Assembly (NCBI GenBank): GCA_950097015.1
Contig: CATNEN010000014.1
Location: forward strand, 124,001 to 188,000
DNA from: Macrostomum hystrix
Lineage: Eukaryota; Animalia; Platyhelminthes
Direction: 5' to 3'
DNA: 64,000 nt
Under the pieces are notes generated by a model. The model searched no databases. It was not told the DNA's origin and worked only from the letters and a program-made list of their open reading frames with translations. Each line of letters begins with the position of its first letter. The stretch's first letter is position 1. The position numbers were made by a program, and so were the translations under genes. Positions 1-10,817 of the stretch are shown here, one piece after another.

Positions 1-8
1 CTCTCCAG

Positions 9-2918
9 TATTCGTGTGCTTGATCAAATTGGTTCGCTTTATTTTTTGTTTTATTTAGAAAAACTACAAATTTATACTCACATTCAGGCATACTACACAT
101 AATTTGTAATACTTTTAAAATTGCATGCTTGTTAAAATAGACTACAGATAAGTAACCCCTGAATATTCTACAGGCCGTGGATCCTTTGGCTCCGTGCACA
201 AGTGTTTCTTTAATGGACATACTCGGGCACTAAAGAAACTAAACCTTGCTAATACCAGCGTGCGTGCAGGATGGTAAGTTGGGAGTCGTGATGGATTTCT
301 AAAGCCAACATTATGCTAGTTTGCTGCCTCTGAGAAATAGCACAGCAGGAATCGCGACCCTGCGAGAATTACAACCCTAAATGTTCTGCTAACAATTGTC
401 AAGACTAACTTCATTCAATTTCCGCCGTTATACGAGTACTATCAAATTTTACTAGGTTCTCGCTTTAACTCTATAGCATACCCTAAAGTTGTAACAGCTG
501 CACATTGTGCTTTTCTCTTGGAATAAAAGGTACTTAATAAGAATTATTCTAATTAAGTACCTTTACTTCTTAGTTGGTCTATACGTACTCTTAGACAAAT
601 ATTTGGTTTTGGTATTTTTCTATTTTTATGAGTTTTTTTCTCTGTACGAATGCCTAATACTTATTTCCTTGTAATACCGTTGAGAAGTTTTCGTATATTT
701 ATTTTCATGCTCGTAAATTTAAACAAAAAACATATAATTTTAAATAATAAGCTACAGTAACTCGTACACTGGTCAACTCTGTGTACGCCTAACAAGTTGG
801 GCAAAGAAGCCAAAGATTTGCCGAGATTTACAAGTAAACAATTTTATAGTAATTTTAACATTGTTTTACACTATTTTCTTACAGGATTCGAGAGAGATTA
901 GTCAATGAGATTGAACTGCTTCATAAAGTTGGGTCAGAAAGTGAAGCTTTCGTAAGAATCTATTCCGTTTGCACTGAAAACGGCGGAGGAGTAATCGGTT
1001 ACGTGATGGAGTACTTTAAATTCGGCAATCTGCGATCTGTGTTTAATAAGATGAAAAGCTACGTAAGAATCGCGATATGTTTTATTTGCATATGCGTTTG
1101 CTCATAATACTCGTACTTCCAAGATATTTAGTAAAAACTAATTACCAACAATGAAGGTGAATTCGCTTTTTCAGAGACTTGACTGCCAAAACTTCCCCTG
1201 GCTAGCGGCGTACCTTTTGCATCAGATTTCTGTTGGACTGCGGTACCTTCAAGAGGGTCGACAGGAGATTCTAATGCATAGAGATGTAGCCATCGACAAT
1301 ATTTTTGTTAATGGAAATATGCAAGCTAAGGTGAGCTTTCTTTTTTAAAATGTGCTTAAGTCTCGTAATGCATTTTCGACCCTATTGTCGGTTTAATTTA
1401 CCGCGGAATTTTTTTAAGTCTGGAAAATAAATACTCGTAGATCTTCGTGTTGGTTCATTTTTATAATTCATGATCCACTAAGAGAGAGCATTAACTGTTG
1501 CGCAGGGTTCATTTTACGATTTTTTTTCTTGTCGCAGTCCATGTACACCAGCGCTCAAACAGTTCACAGTACTGAAAGCTGCTTGAACTGATATGTGCAC
1601 CTTTCCATGCTTTGCAGAAGTCTCTTAAACCAGTTTCCTGATTATCAATCCTAACGATCTGTTCACACTGCTGCTAGATTTCAGTTGATCAGATATGTCT
1701 TGTGCCTCTTATTTTTATACCTTTTTACACTATTTAAGTGACTTACTGGCTCAGCTAATGGGGGTGCTATTGAGACACGAGCCTGTCATACTGCCTAACC
1801 CTCTCTTCTCACAGCTGGGCGATTTTGGCCTGTCTCGACGCCTAAATGAGCTACTTGGTCAGGACACTCTTCACTTTGAAAGCCTAGTGGGCATCGAGCG
1901 CCGACCTCCAGAGCTGCTGCTTGACCCGCTGCGCCCACCAAGCATTTATATTGATCGCTACCTGTTCGGCATTTGCCTATTCGAGGCGCTGACTTGCAGT
2001 TCGCTGAGACATCGCATAGGAGACAATGTGGCTAGCTTCAGGGATTTACTGATCGAGGGTCGGCATGCGGACTATCTTGTTGACGCCATTCGTCGCGACT
2101 GCTTCGACGCTTACCCACAGAGATTGCGCCAACCAACCTCGGAATTCCAGCGCATGTGCACGGTTCTTACTGACGCGATGCAGCGATGTCTAGCATCGGA
2201 CCCGGAAGAGCGACCTGCTTTCAGTTGGCTCTGTGATCAGATTCAAGAAGTGGGCAACATAAACTGCGACGGCGTCAGACGTGAACTGGAGTTAGCTCGC
2301 ACCCTCTTGCAGTCGGATGCATTAGACAATTCAGAAGCTACCTTCGCTAGCGGCTGGGCAGCTACGAATGGCGAGGGATTTGACAGTTCAATTCGAACTA
2401 CAAATACCAGTCTCAGCAGCATGCTGCAGCCGGGAGACTTTAGTGTGGCCTCAACTATGCCGCTTGAGTATAGTCATCAGTTTAGTACTAACCTGAGAGT
2501 GGGTGAAGTGCAAGGTGCTATTATTAGTGTAGGCACACCTTCGCAGGAAGGAGCAGGGGCGCACCGACAGACGCTGCAGCAGCGCAGGTTTACCAGTAAG
2601 CTGGCACCCAATCAGCTGCTGGCTGCAATATTTCAGTCCAGCCCACTGCGCGATGCCTGGCCTGAGCTTCTGCGTGCTCTTGGCGCTCCCGAGCAGGCCG
2701 TAGCCGAAGCTGCGCTGGCAGCCCGCACAGCCGGCCGTCGAGATGCAGACGCCGCAATTGAATCTCTGCGACTGCTACCTGCGCCACCCACCGTTAGGCA
2801 GCTAGCTGAAGGCCTGGCTGCCGCTCGTTGCTCTGATTCAACGCTTCGTCTCCTTGGCCGTCTGCAGGAGAAGTACTGCTCCCCGCTGTCATCGAGTGAG
2901 TCCACCGCTGTTCGGTAA
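9..2918 (+). CDS. Protein kinase (TKL/RIPK-like) with C-terminal death-like domain; 5'-partial; exons 9-31, 174-273, 885-1062, 1175-1330, 1815-2918
   Basis: Phase-consistent GT-AG splicing gives IRVLDQIGRGSFGSVHK (Gly loop), RALKK (Lys), NEIELL (alphaC Glu), VMEY, HRDVAIDN, LGDFG, PPE, then a Ser/Thr-rich linker and a helical tail with 'DAWPELLRALG' resembling a death domain. Stop TAA at 2916-2918. Confidence 0.85.
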
Positions 2919-3926
2919 ACCAACTGTCCCTAGCGCCACTGCATTCGCTTTGGGGTTGAAAGATTAGTGTTCATTGTAACGATCTAAACGATAATTTGTC
3001 CGCTCGTTTGTTTCCTCATGTTCCATTTTGAAGCCTTGAACTCGAACATGCAAGCTTTTCAAATTTATTTTTATGGTTTCCTGTGTATAGTTGTGATATT
3101 GTTTACAAACAGGTCTGATTGCTGCATTTTCTCATGTAAGTTCTAGCCCTCGTTATTATTCAAGATTTTATTTCTCGGCACTTAAAGCAGAAATTTGCGA
3201 ATCAACATTTCCTAAACCCTAAACTCTTAAACGTACACTTATGTTAACTAACGTGAAATGACTCGATTATAACTAATATGATTTGTTTTAGATATCGTTT
3301 TTTCCTGCTTGCTTCGTTCAAGTTGCGAAGTCAGCATACATGCCTCTTGTTTTTATATAAAAAATATGGATTGTTTTATTTAAAACTGGTTGGAGTTTGT
3401 TTGTTTTTTGAAGGCGACCTTATGGATATTATTTTACTTCGATTTTTTGTGTCCGCCACTGATTCAGTTATAACTGATTGCTTGAGCAGCTAATGTTAAC
3501 TACGAGCTATAAATACGAGTAAATACGTATAAATGCCTCGTAATAACATATTTGGCAGCCGTTTGTTACATTTAGATTTTTATTGAAATTCGATGCCATT
3601 TGGACTTCTGTTGCACTGTTATTTCAACAGTGACACTTAAACGGAACTTTTTGCCGCCTCAAATCGATTTCTAGCAGTTAACACTGGCTTAGCCTATTAT
3701 TGTGCGATTCACGTAAATTACACAGGCGAAATCAGCATTTTATCCTCTCGATTCGCGTAATCTACGAGCGCATATATTTTCGTATTATGATCACTTCAAA
3801 CTTTAATAAACTCAGATCATTAAATCAGCTTCTGCCACTGAAAAACGAGTACGCTTAACACATTCAGTCAAATACCAACACTGAGGTGAAAATGCAAGCG
3901 GGAAACTAATTAGCTCAATTCTAAAT

Positions 3927-4134
3927 TGTTATGTTAGAAGTCAAGGCGAGTGTGTGCGAGCTACGAAACGCTTAAAGCCAGCGATGGGCAGAGAGCCGAT
4001 ATATCTATTATTGTTTAGTCAAGTGCAGTGAGCAATGTACATTGTACGCGTCAATGGGGGACTGGGGGCAGGTGCACTGAGAGAGAAAGAGAAAGACTGC
4101 ACATCGGCTAGCCAGCATCGATCATTACACAACA
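3927..4134 (-). repeat. 3' LTR of the Ty3/gypsy element
   Basis: Direct repeat of 8548-8755, 207/208 identical. Confidence 0.97.
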
Positions 4135-4435
4135 CCTCCTTATATTGAAAGTACGAATATAATGGCACGAAAAGAGTAGAACGAATATAGTAGCACGAAT
4201 GGAGTCGCACGAAAACAGTTGAATGGGGAAAAATAAAAACATTGAAATATTTTACGATCATATGGAACAATACAATATTATTGTTGAAAAATATCATTTT
4301 AGACCGTTTGTTAAATCGCACGCTTGAGCAGCAAAGACAACACATCAACTTCTGCCATACCTCCTTTCACCAAAATTATAGGAACTTAAAAAGAGCTTCC
4401 AGTTCATTTAAATTCAGTCAACAGTCAGTTTTCAC

Positions 4436-7400
4436 TCACCACGAGGCCTGGTACCTCTGCGGCTGATGGACAAGCCGACCTCGCTTGGTCCGGAACCCAG
4501 AGTCGTCCGAGCTTGAGCACGGTTGCACAGATGCCGGCTGCTCAGCTGGCTGCACTGGCTCTGCAGGCTGCTCTGTCGCCGGTTGCACGGGTGCCTGCTG
4601 GTCGTCCGCCTCCGACAGATTGACATCCTCATCAGCCACTGGGTAGCTTTCATGGAATGGCACGCCGATCTCACGTGGCCTGATAAACCGCCGGTTGCGC
4701 CTGAGCAGCTGGCCCGACTCCGTGCGAAGCCAGTACGACCGCGGGCTGCCGTCCACCTCGCTGTCGACCTCGGCAGCCACCCAGTTCCGACGATCGCACT
4801 GAAGCCAGACTGGCTCGCCGACCTCCAAGCGTCGAAGTGCGCGCGCACTGCGGTTGTAGAGCTGAGCTGCCCGGGTCCGCTCCTTCTGGAATGCTTCGAT
4901 GCTGGCATGCACGTAGGTCTCCCGAGGCCGCAGATCTTGCACCGTTGTCGGCAGGTCGCACCGCAGTTTCCGGCCAAACGCCATTTCCGCCGGGCTGGGG
5001 AAGCCGCTGCCGACCGGCGTGTTGCGATAGTGCAAAAGGGCCAGTGCCAGGCTCTGTCCAGTCTCCTGGCACTTCTTCATCATATTCTTGGCAGTCTGCA
5101 CATATCGCTCTGCTTTGCCGTTGGACTGCGGGTAGGCCGGACTCGATGTCCGGTGCTCCACTTGAAATCTGGTCATGAACTGGCGGAACTCTCCTGCGGT
5201 GAACTGCGGCCCGTTGTCACTGATGAGCTTCTCTGGCACTCCAAAGTTCTGAAAATGGTCTTGGAGCACCTGAACTACTGCCAGGCTTGTTGTCGACCGC
5301 AGGCGGGTGATGCTCATCCAGTGGCTGTAGGCGTCTACGTACACCAGGTGCGCAGCGCCACGGAACTCGAACAAGTCGGTCGAGCAGACTTGGAACGGAA
5401 ACTCGGGCATTTCAACGATCATCAAAGTCTCCTTTGACTGGGCCTTCATGTTACGCTGGCAGGCCTCGCACTGGCTGACAGTTCGCTCGATGCAGGTGCG
5501 CATTCCTGGCCAGTAAAAATAATCTTTGGCTTTCAGGTCCATCTTGACGATTCCAGGGTGTCCAGCGTGCAAAATTCTTAGGATCGAGCTTCTGGCGCTG
5601 CCGGCTGGCACGTAGATGCGGTCCTTCAGGCACAGGAGTCCTGAGACGAAAGTCAGATCATGGCGAAGATCCCAAAATACTTTCAAATCGTCAGGTAGTC
5701 GGTTTCGATGCTCGGGCCATCCGGCTTGAATGACCTTCTGCAGACGCTGGCTCGTCTGGTCTGCAGCCGTGGCCTTCTTGATCATTGTCAGAATCTCGCG
5801 GTCTCCACTGAAGCATCGCTCCACAGCTAGCACTTGTCCGTCCAAAGCTTCCTCCAGCAGAAGCGTCAGGCTGTCCGTCTTTCCGTGAGCTCGGCTTAGC
5901 GTGTCTGCGACGTACAGCTCCTTTCCTGGTGTGTACTTCACACGAATGTCGTAGGGCTGCAGCTGCAGCAACAAGCGCTGGATGCGCGGCGTGGTGTCAC
6001 AGAGCTGCTTCTTTAAGATGGACTCCAGTGGCTTATGGTCACTCTGGACATTGACAGTGCGGCCCCAGAGGTAGCGGTGAAATTTCTTGCAGCCGTACAC
6101 AATAGCCAGGAGCTCCTTCTCAATCTGCGAGTATGCCTGCTGAGCTTTAGTCATGGCTGATGAAGCGAACTCAACCGGACGGTCCTCTTGGAGTAGCACA
6201 GCACCGATGCCGCTCTTGCTGGCATCCACAGACACGGTGACTGGCTTGCTGACGTCAAATGTGGCCAAAACCCTGTTAGAACACAGCTCCGTGATGATCG
6301 AGTCGTACGCCTCGTCGTGCTGATGCGTCCAGCTCCAAATGACGTCTTTCTTGAGCAGGTGTCTAAGCGGCTCTGCAGTAGCGGAAAGATGAGGACAAAA
6401 CTTGGCCAGGTACGTCACACAGCCGAGAAATCGCCTTAGCTGCTCCTTCTTCGAAGTGAGACCTTCAACATCATTCGGCCGGATCATTTCTTTGATGGCT
6501 TTGACCTTCATTGGATCTGCTCGCAACCCTTCCGAGCTGAGCACATCGCCTAGGTAGTTGAGCTCTTGGACACCGACTCGCATCTTCTGTGGGTTCAGTG
6601 TCACCTTGGCACGCTTGCACTGCTCCAGGAGCTCTCGCACAGCTTGGTCGTGCTCCTCGACTGTTCTTCCCCACACGATGATGTCGTCAAAGAAGTTCTT
6701 AGAGTTTCTCACGTTGTTTGTGACGTTTTCTTCCATTCTCTTCTGGAAGACCTCGGGAATGGATGAGAGACCGTATGGAACTCGTTTCCAGCGATATCGG
6801 CCGAACGGGGTGTGGAACGTGGTCAGGAAGGAGCTTTCATCATCGAGTTTTAGTTGGTGAAAGCTCTCGTTCGCATCGAATGAGCTGTACAGGATGGCTC
6901 CAGCAGTCGCAGCTCGAACTTCCTCGGCGGTGGGGATCGGGTGGTACTCTCTGATGATGAACCTGTTCAGGTAGGTCGGATCTAGACACAGTCGCATCGA
7001 GCCGTCCTTCTTCCACATGATGGCCACATTGGAGACCCACTGCGTCGGTTCGTCGACTCGCGCGATCGTTCCTTCCTTCTCCAGTCTCTCCAGCTCGCAC
7101 TTCAGAGGTTGATACGCAGCAAATGGCACCTTGCGAGGAGGCTGCACTTTAGGCACTGCGTTGTCCGACAGTTGAATGGTGTATGGCTGCTTCATGCAAC
7201 CAACGCCGTTGAATACTTCTGGGAAGCTGGCCTTTAACTGGCTGGAGTTCAGTTCCGATAACTGCTGCTTGCTCACCTTGCTGATGCTGCTTGGACTCTG
7301 CTGCAACGAGAACAGCTTCTTGACCAGCTGCAGCTCTTCAATCGCTGACTTCCAGCCGATGATGGGCGTGGAGTTCTCGCCGACAACAACAAACTGCAGT

Positions 7401-8512
7401 CGGGCATTCTTCCGGCAGGGCGAAGACACAGTCAAGTACGTGATGCCGACCACGTCCAGCAGCTGCTTGTTGTACGTTGTCAGAGTCCAGGATGTCGGCT
7501 CAATCGATGCTGCAGGGGCGAGCTGGATCAGCCGTTTCAGAGGGATCACGTTGACGTCCGCACCGGTGTCCACCTTGAACTGCAGCTTTCTTCCAGAGTC
7601 CGTGACAGTCAGGCACACCATCATCGCCGAGCTGTCGGTTTGCGCCTTGGTTCGAGCACCTGGCTGCTCCACGGTCATGATTGCTGCAGCCGGGCCATCA
7701 CCTGCGGACTCGGTCTCGGTGTTCTCCACCAGCTCGTTGACCTTCTTAGCTGAGCGGCACACGGACGAGAAATGGTTTGCGCGACCACAGTTATTGCAGG
7801 TCTTTCCGAATGCCGGGCACTTGCGCCGCTCATGCTGCTGTCCGCAGAAGCCGCAGCTGCGAGCCGACTTGGCATTGCTGGCGGGCTGCGACCGGCTGGT
7901 TCGGCCTTGAACTGCCTCGACGGACGCTGGCGCGGGTGCAGGCGTTGCTCGGCTGATCTGCGCTGTGGCCAGGGTCCGAGCCTGCCGCTTCGAAGTCTCC
8001 GACGCTCGACCCATCTGGATGGCGCGGTCCAGCGTCAGCTTTGTCTCGCGGAGAAGCCTCTCCCTCAGAGCTGGGTCGTTCGCACCGATGACGATCTGAT
8101 CTCGAATGACGCTGTTCTCGATGGTCTCCTTGTTCGCTGGCTCGCTGTAGTTGCATCGCTTGATGAGCTGGCGAAGTGAGCCGACGAATTGGTCGAAGTC
8201 CTCAGCTTCTCCTTGCACTCTTGTTCGAAGCTGGTAGCGCTCAAAGGTCTCATTCGACAGAGGCTCGCAGTACTCTTGGAACGCACTCTTTACAGCTGCG
8301 TACGTTGCTACTTGGTCTGCAGGAAACGTGGAGAATACGTCCTGTCCATCGGATCCCAGCGCGGTCAGGAGAACAGCGATCTTCACTTCTTCACTTTCTT
8401 CAGTCCTCTTCGTAGCTTTCATGTAGAAATCAAATGCACTGATCCATCGCCTCCAGTTGTCTGCCCTATTGGTGTCAAAAATCATGGGCTCTGGCGGCCT
8501 CAATCCATCCAT
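4436..8512 (-). CDS. Gag-Pol polyprotein (gag with two Cys/His knuckles, protease, RT, RNase H, integrase)
   Basis: 1358-aa ORF: CGFCGQQH..C and CNNCGRANHFSSVC; VDTGADV protease; FFDD RT; VDASKSGIGAVL RNase H; HAGH..CEAC zinc motif plus D-D-E integrase core. Domain order PR-RT-RH-IN is Ty3/gypsy. Confidence 0.97.
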   Translation of the reverse strand: MDGLRPPEPMIFDTNRADNWRRWISAFDFYMKATKRTEESEEVKIAVLLTALGSDGQDVFSTFPADQVATYAAVKSAFQEYCEPLSNETFERYQLRTRVQGEAEDFDQFVGSLRQLIKRCNYSEPANKETIENSVIRDQIVIGANDPALRERLLRETKLTLDRAIQMGRASETSKRQARTLATAQISRATPAPAPASVEAVQGRTSRSQPASNAKSARSCGFCGQQHERRKCPAFGKTCNNCGRANHFSSVCRSAKKVNELVENTETESAGDGPAAAIMTVEQPGARTKAQTDSSAMMVCLTVTDSGRKLQFKVDTGADVNVIPLKRLIQLAPAASIEPTSWTLTTYNKQLLDVVGITYLTVSSPCRKNARLQFVVVGENSTPIIGWKSAIEELQLVKKLFSLQQSPSSISKVSKQQLSELNSSQLKASFPEVFNGVGCMKQPYTIQLSDNAVPKVQPPRKVPFAAYQPLKCELERLEKEGTIARVDEPTQWVSNVAIMWKKDGSMRLCLDPTYLNRFIIREYHPIPTAEEVRAATAGAILYSSFDANESFHQLKLDDESSFLTTFHTPFGRYRWKRVPYGLSSIPEVFQKRMEENVTNNVRNSKNFFDDIIVWGRTVEEHDQAVRELLEQCKRAKVTLNPQKMRVGVQELNYLGDVLSSEGLRADPMKVKAIKEMIRPNDVEGLTSKKEQLRRFLGCVTYLAKFCPHLSATAEPLRHLLKKDVIWSWTHQHDEAYDSIITELCSNRVLATFDVSKPVTVSVDASKSGIGAVLLQEDRPVEFASSAMTKAQQAYSQIEKELLAIVYGCKKFHRYLWGRTVNVQSDHKPLESILKKQLCDTTPRIQRLLLQLQPYDIRVKYTPGKELYVADTLSRAHGKTDSLTLLLEEALDGQVLAVERCFSGDREILTMIKKATAADQTSQRLQKVIQAGWPEHRNRLPDDLKVFWDLRHDLTFVSGLLCLKDRIYVPAGSARSSILRILHAGHPGIVKMDLKAKDYFYWPGMRTCIERTVSQCEACQRNMKAQSKETLMIVEMPEFPFQVCSTDLFEFRGAAHLVYVDAYSHWMSITRLRSTTSLAVVQVLQDHFQNFGVPEKLISDNGPQFTAGEFRQFMTRFQVEHRTSSPAYPQSNGKAERYVQTAKNMMKKCQETGQSLALALLHYRNTPVGSGFPSPAEMAFGRKLRCDLPTTVQDLRPRETYVHASIEAFQKERTRAAQLYNRSARALRRLEVGEPVWLQCDRRNWVAAEVDSEVDGSPRSYWLRTESGQLLRRNRRFIRPREIGVPFHESYPVADEDVNLSEADDQQAPVQPATEQPAEPVQPAEQPASVQPCSSSDDSGFRTKRGRLVHQPQRYQASW

Positions 8513-8547
8513 GCTGGCTTGCTAGAAAGTTTAGACTTGCGACGCCA

Positions 8548-8755
8548 TGTTATGTTAGAAGTCAAGGCGAGTGTGTGCGAGCTACGAAACGCTTAAAGCC
8601 AGCGATGGGCAGAGAGCCGATATATATATTATTGTTTAGTCAAGTGCAGTGAGCAATGTACATTGTACGCGTCAATGGGGGACTGGGGGCAGGTGCACTG
8701 AGAGAGAAAGAGAAAGACTGCACATCGGCTAGCCAGCATCGATCATTACACAACA
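8548..8755 (-). repeat. 5' LTR of the Ty3/gypsy element
   Basis: Direct repeat of 3927-4134; followed on the minus strand by the PBS TGGCGTCGCAAG. Confidence 0.97.
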
Positions 8756-8852
8756 TAAATCACTATTGAACTTGATACTTATCACCGCAATTATTAGCGA
8801 GCGATATTCGCGCTAAATTCCGAAATACGAGTAAAACTATTTTTCTACTAGG

Positions 8853-9103
8853 TTAACAGTAGAACAACCAGGGGGCCGTTTTTTCACCCTTGACAATTCT
8901 TATCTGCGCCCGAACGGAGCAACGCAAGCAAACGAAACACAAGAACACGGGCCAAATTTTTGTTGCGGATCTTCTGAAAGAAGAACCATGTCGCCAGCCC
9001 TTCAGACCTTCAAGATACTCAACGGTTCTGACCGTTTTTCCCATAGGCGCTAATATATTTCGTACACCCCTATACATGAATTTGCACTGCGCCTCAGTGC
9101 GGC
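8853..9103. repeat. Dispersed ~250-bp repeat (TTAACAG... family), copy 1
   Basis: Aligns end-to-end with 38325-38582; starts TTAACAGTAG and ends with the hairpin GCACTG-CGCCT-CAGTGC + GGC. Confidence 0.8.
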
Positions 9104-9105
9104 TT

Positions 9106-9250
9106 TGTTACAGCTGCGCTGTCTGCCAGGAGAAGAAGGCAGGTTTACAGCCCAAAACGCCGCTCGGAGAGCTGCCTATCGGATCGCCATGGGACTCGGT
9201 GGCCATCGACATCATCAAGGTGGCACCATTATCACGCGCCAACAATTACC
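9106..9250 (+). pseudogene. Isolated Ty3/gypsy integrase fragment
   Basis: CAVCQEKK...PLGELPIGSPWDSVAIDII matches the end of the integrase zinc-binding region and the start of the rve core. Confidence 0.7.
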
Positions 9251-9289
9251 ACCATGCGCCCAAAACGGCACTTTCACGCACAGACCATT

Positions 9290-9338
9290 TCAGTCGGACA
9301 CACAAACAAACAACTAAATCTTAGAGATTTAGTATAGT
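9290..9338 (-). mobile_element. Helitron-like 5' terminus
   Basis: AGAGATTTAGTATAGT (9323-9338) is shared with 47409-47424, and both lie beside a short AC-rich microsatellite. Confidence 0.45.
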
Positions 9339-10817
9339 AGGAGTACATTTATATGCATACAAAAAATATATATATTTGTATGCATGTAGATGTATTCTGC
9401 ATACAAATATATACAAAAGCAAAGATAAAAATACGCGCTTTGCGCGCTCTCGCTCGCAGAAGAGACGAGAGGGACAGTTTGCACTATAGGGGTCAGTTTA
9501 TTATTATTAATATTTTGCGCACCCTTTAAAGGTGCTCATTTTTTATTTTCAGCGAATAGTTTGTCCTGCAGGTCAGACTCCAGTGTGGCTGTCAGCGTTG
9601 TGGTCCGGCCTCGGCCTCGTCGGAGACGCTCAGTCAGATGGAGCAACAGGATGATCGCCGGCGGGTTATATATAGATGTCCGTGGCCGATACAAAGCCGA
9701 GCCTTGCTCCAGGTCCCTATATCAAATATATAAGGAATGACAATGGATGAATAAAATAATATTCGAGATAAATTGAGATTTGCTAATCTAAGCATAAAAC
9801 TTATTCTTGATCGGGAACGGCTCGGTGACAATCTATGGTAGAATCCCTGGCAAAGTAAACTTTTATGCAGTGAACGCGTTCGGTGCCCTAATTAGTTTCT
9901 GGGCATACATATATATGTATAAACTGTCAAATTAGATCAAACTATCACTTAGATTGCGGAGAGTTTGTTGAAGCTTAAGCGTTTTACTGGAGAGTACGAG
10001 TACGACAAGTAATTTGGCTCATCTGGAAAATCGGAGCATCAATACTATCCACACATATTTGCAATTAATCTCTCAAGACACACGTTCACCGGAGGCAAGT
10101 TGTTAGTGCAATTTTTTTTCTAAGTGAACCTGTATCAGCGGTACATAAGACAAAAGAAAGTTAGCATCGATATAAACGGCCCGCCTCAGAAATATATTTT
10201 TCGTACTTTGTGCGTGGAGCCTGCAGCTTGGAATAGCTGCTTCTGACCAATGAGGTGTCACACAGGCTGCCCCAAACACTTTATCGCAGTCCATGGGAAC
10301 CGCTTAAAAAAAAAAATAATTTCGCACTATGTTACGAATCGTACTGTGTAGGACTAGATCTTGCAAACTTTAAGCTTGTTAGCAACTGAAGCCGCCAAGT
10401 TCAATTACATAAGTGGTAAGTTTCACTTGTATTGAGTAGTCGCAGTAAGGCCTTAGCTACCTCGTAATAACCATGTACTGGCCAATGCTTTTACACGTAA
10501 AAGGTCATTAATTTGAAACGATTTCTATCCAAAGTTTATGGATCACCGCGGAACAACTTCTGCGCACTTAGCTTATGTTTATTAGTTTTTGCCAATCACG
10601 ACGTGAACGCCATGGATTACTTTGACGAGTACACATAGCCTCTTCTGGCCTAATTACAATTGGTTTATTACTTTTTATTTACAGAGCAAAGTGAGGCCAA
10701 AAATTTACGAAAATTCCGACGATAAATACCAAAACCCTGGTGCGTTTCAAAAGCAAGAAATTACCTTCTGAAGAACTCCAGGTTATCGGTGATACAGCTA
10801 TATAACTCTATTTGGGC

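Larger units (their letters stand above)
3927..8755 (-). mobile_element. Full-length Ty3/gypsy LTR retrotransposon (Mag-like), 4,829 bp, young
   Basis: Two 208-bp TG...CA LTRs with one mismatch (4005 C vs 8626 A); 5-bp TSD TAAAT (3922-3926, 8756-8760); TGG-starting PBS next to the 5' LTR; AAGGAGG PPT next to the 3' LTR; one uninterrupted gag-pol ORF. Confidence 0.97.

Noticed and set aside
4523-5437. 304-aa antisense ORF over the integrase (and other overlapping ORFs in 4432-8596)
   Set aside because: Expected shadow of GC-rich coding sequence on the opposite strand; no recognisable motifs.
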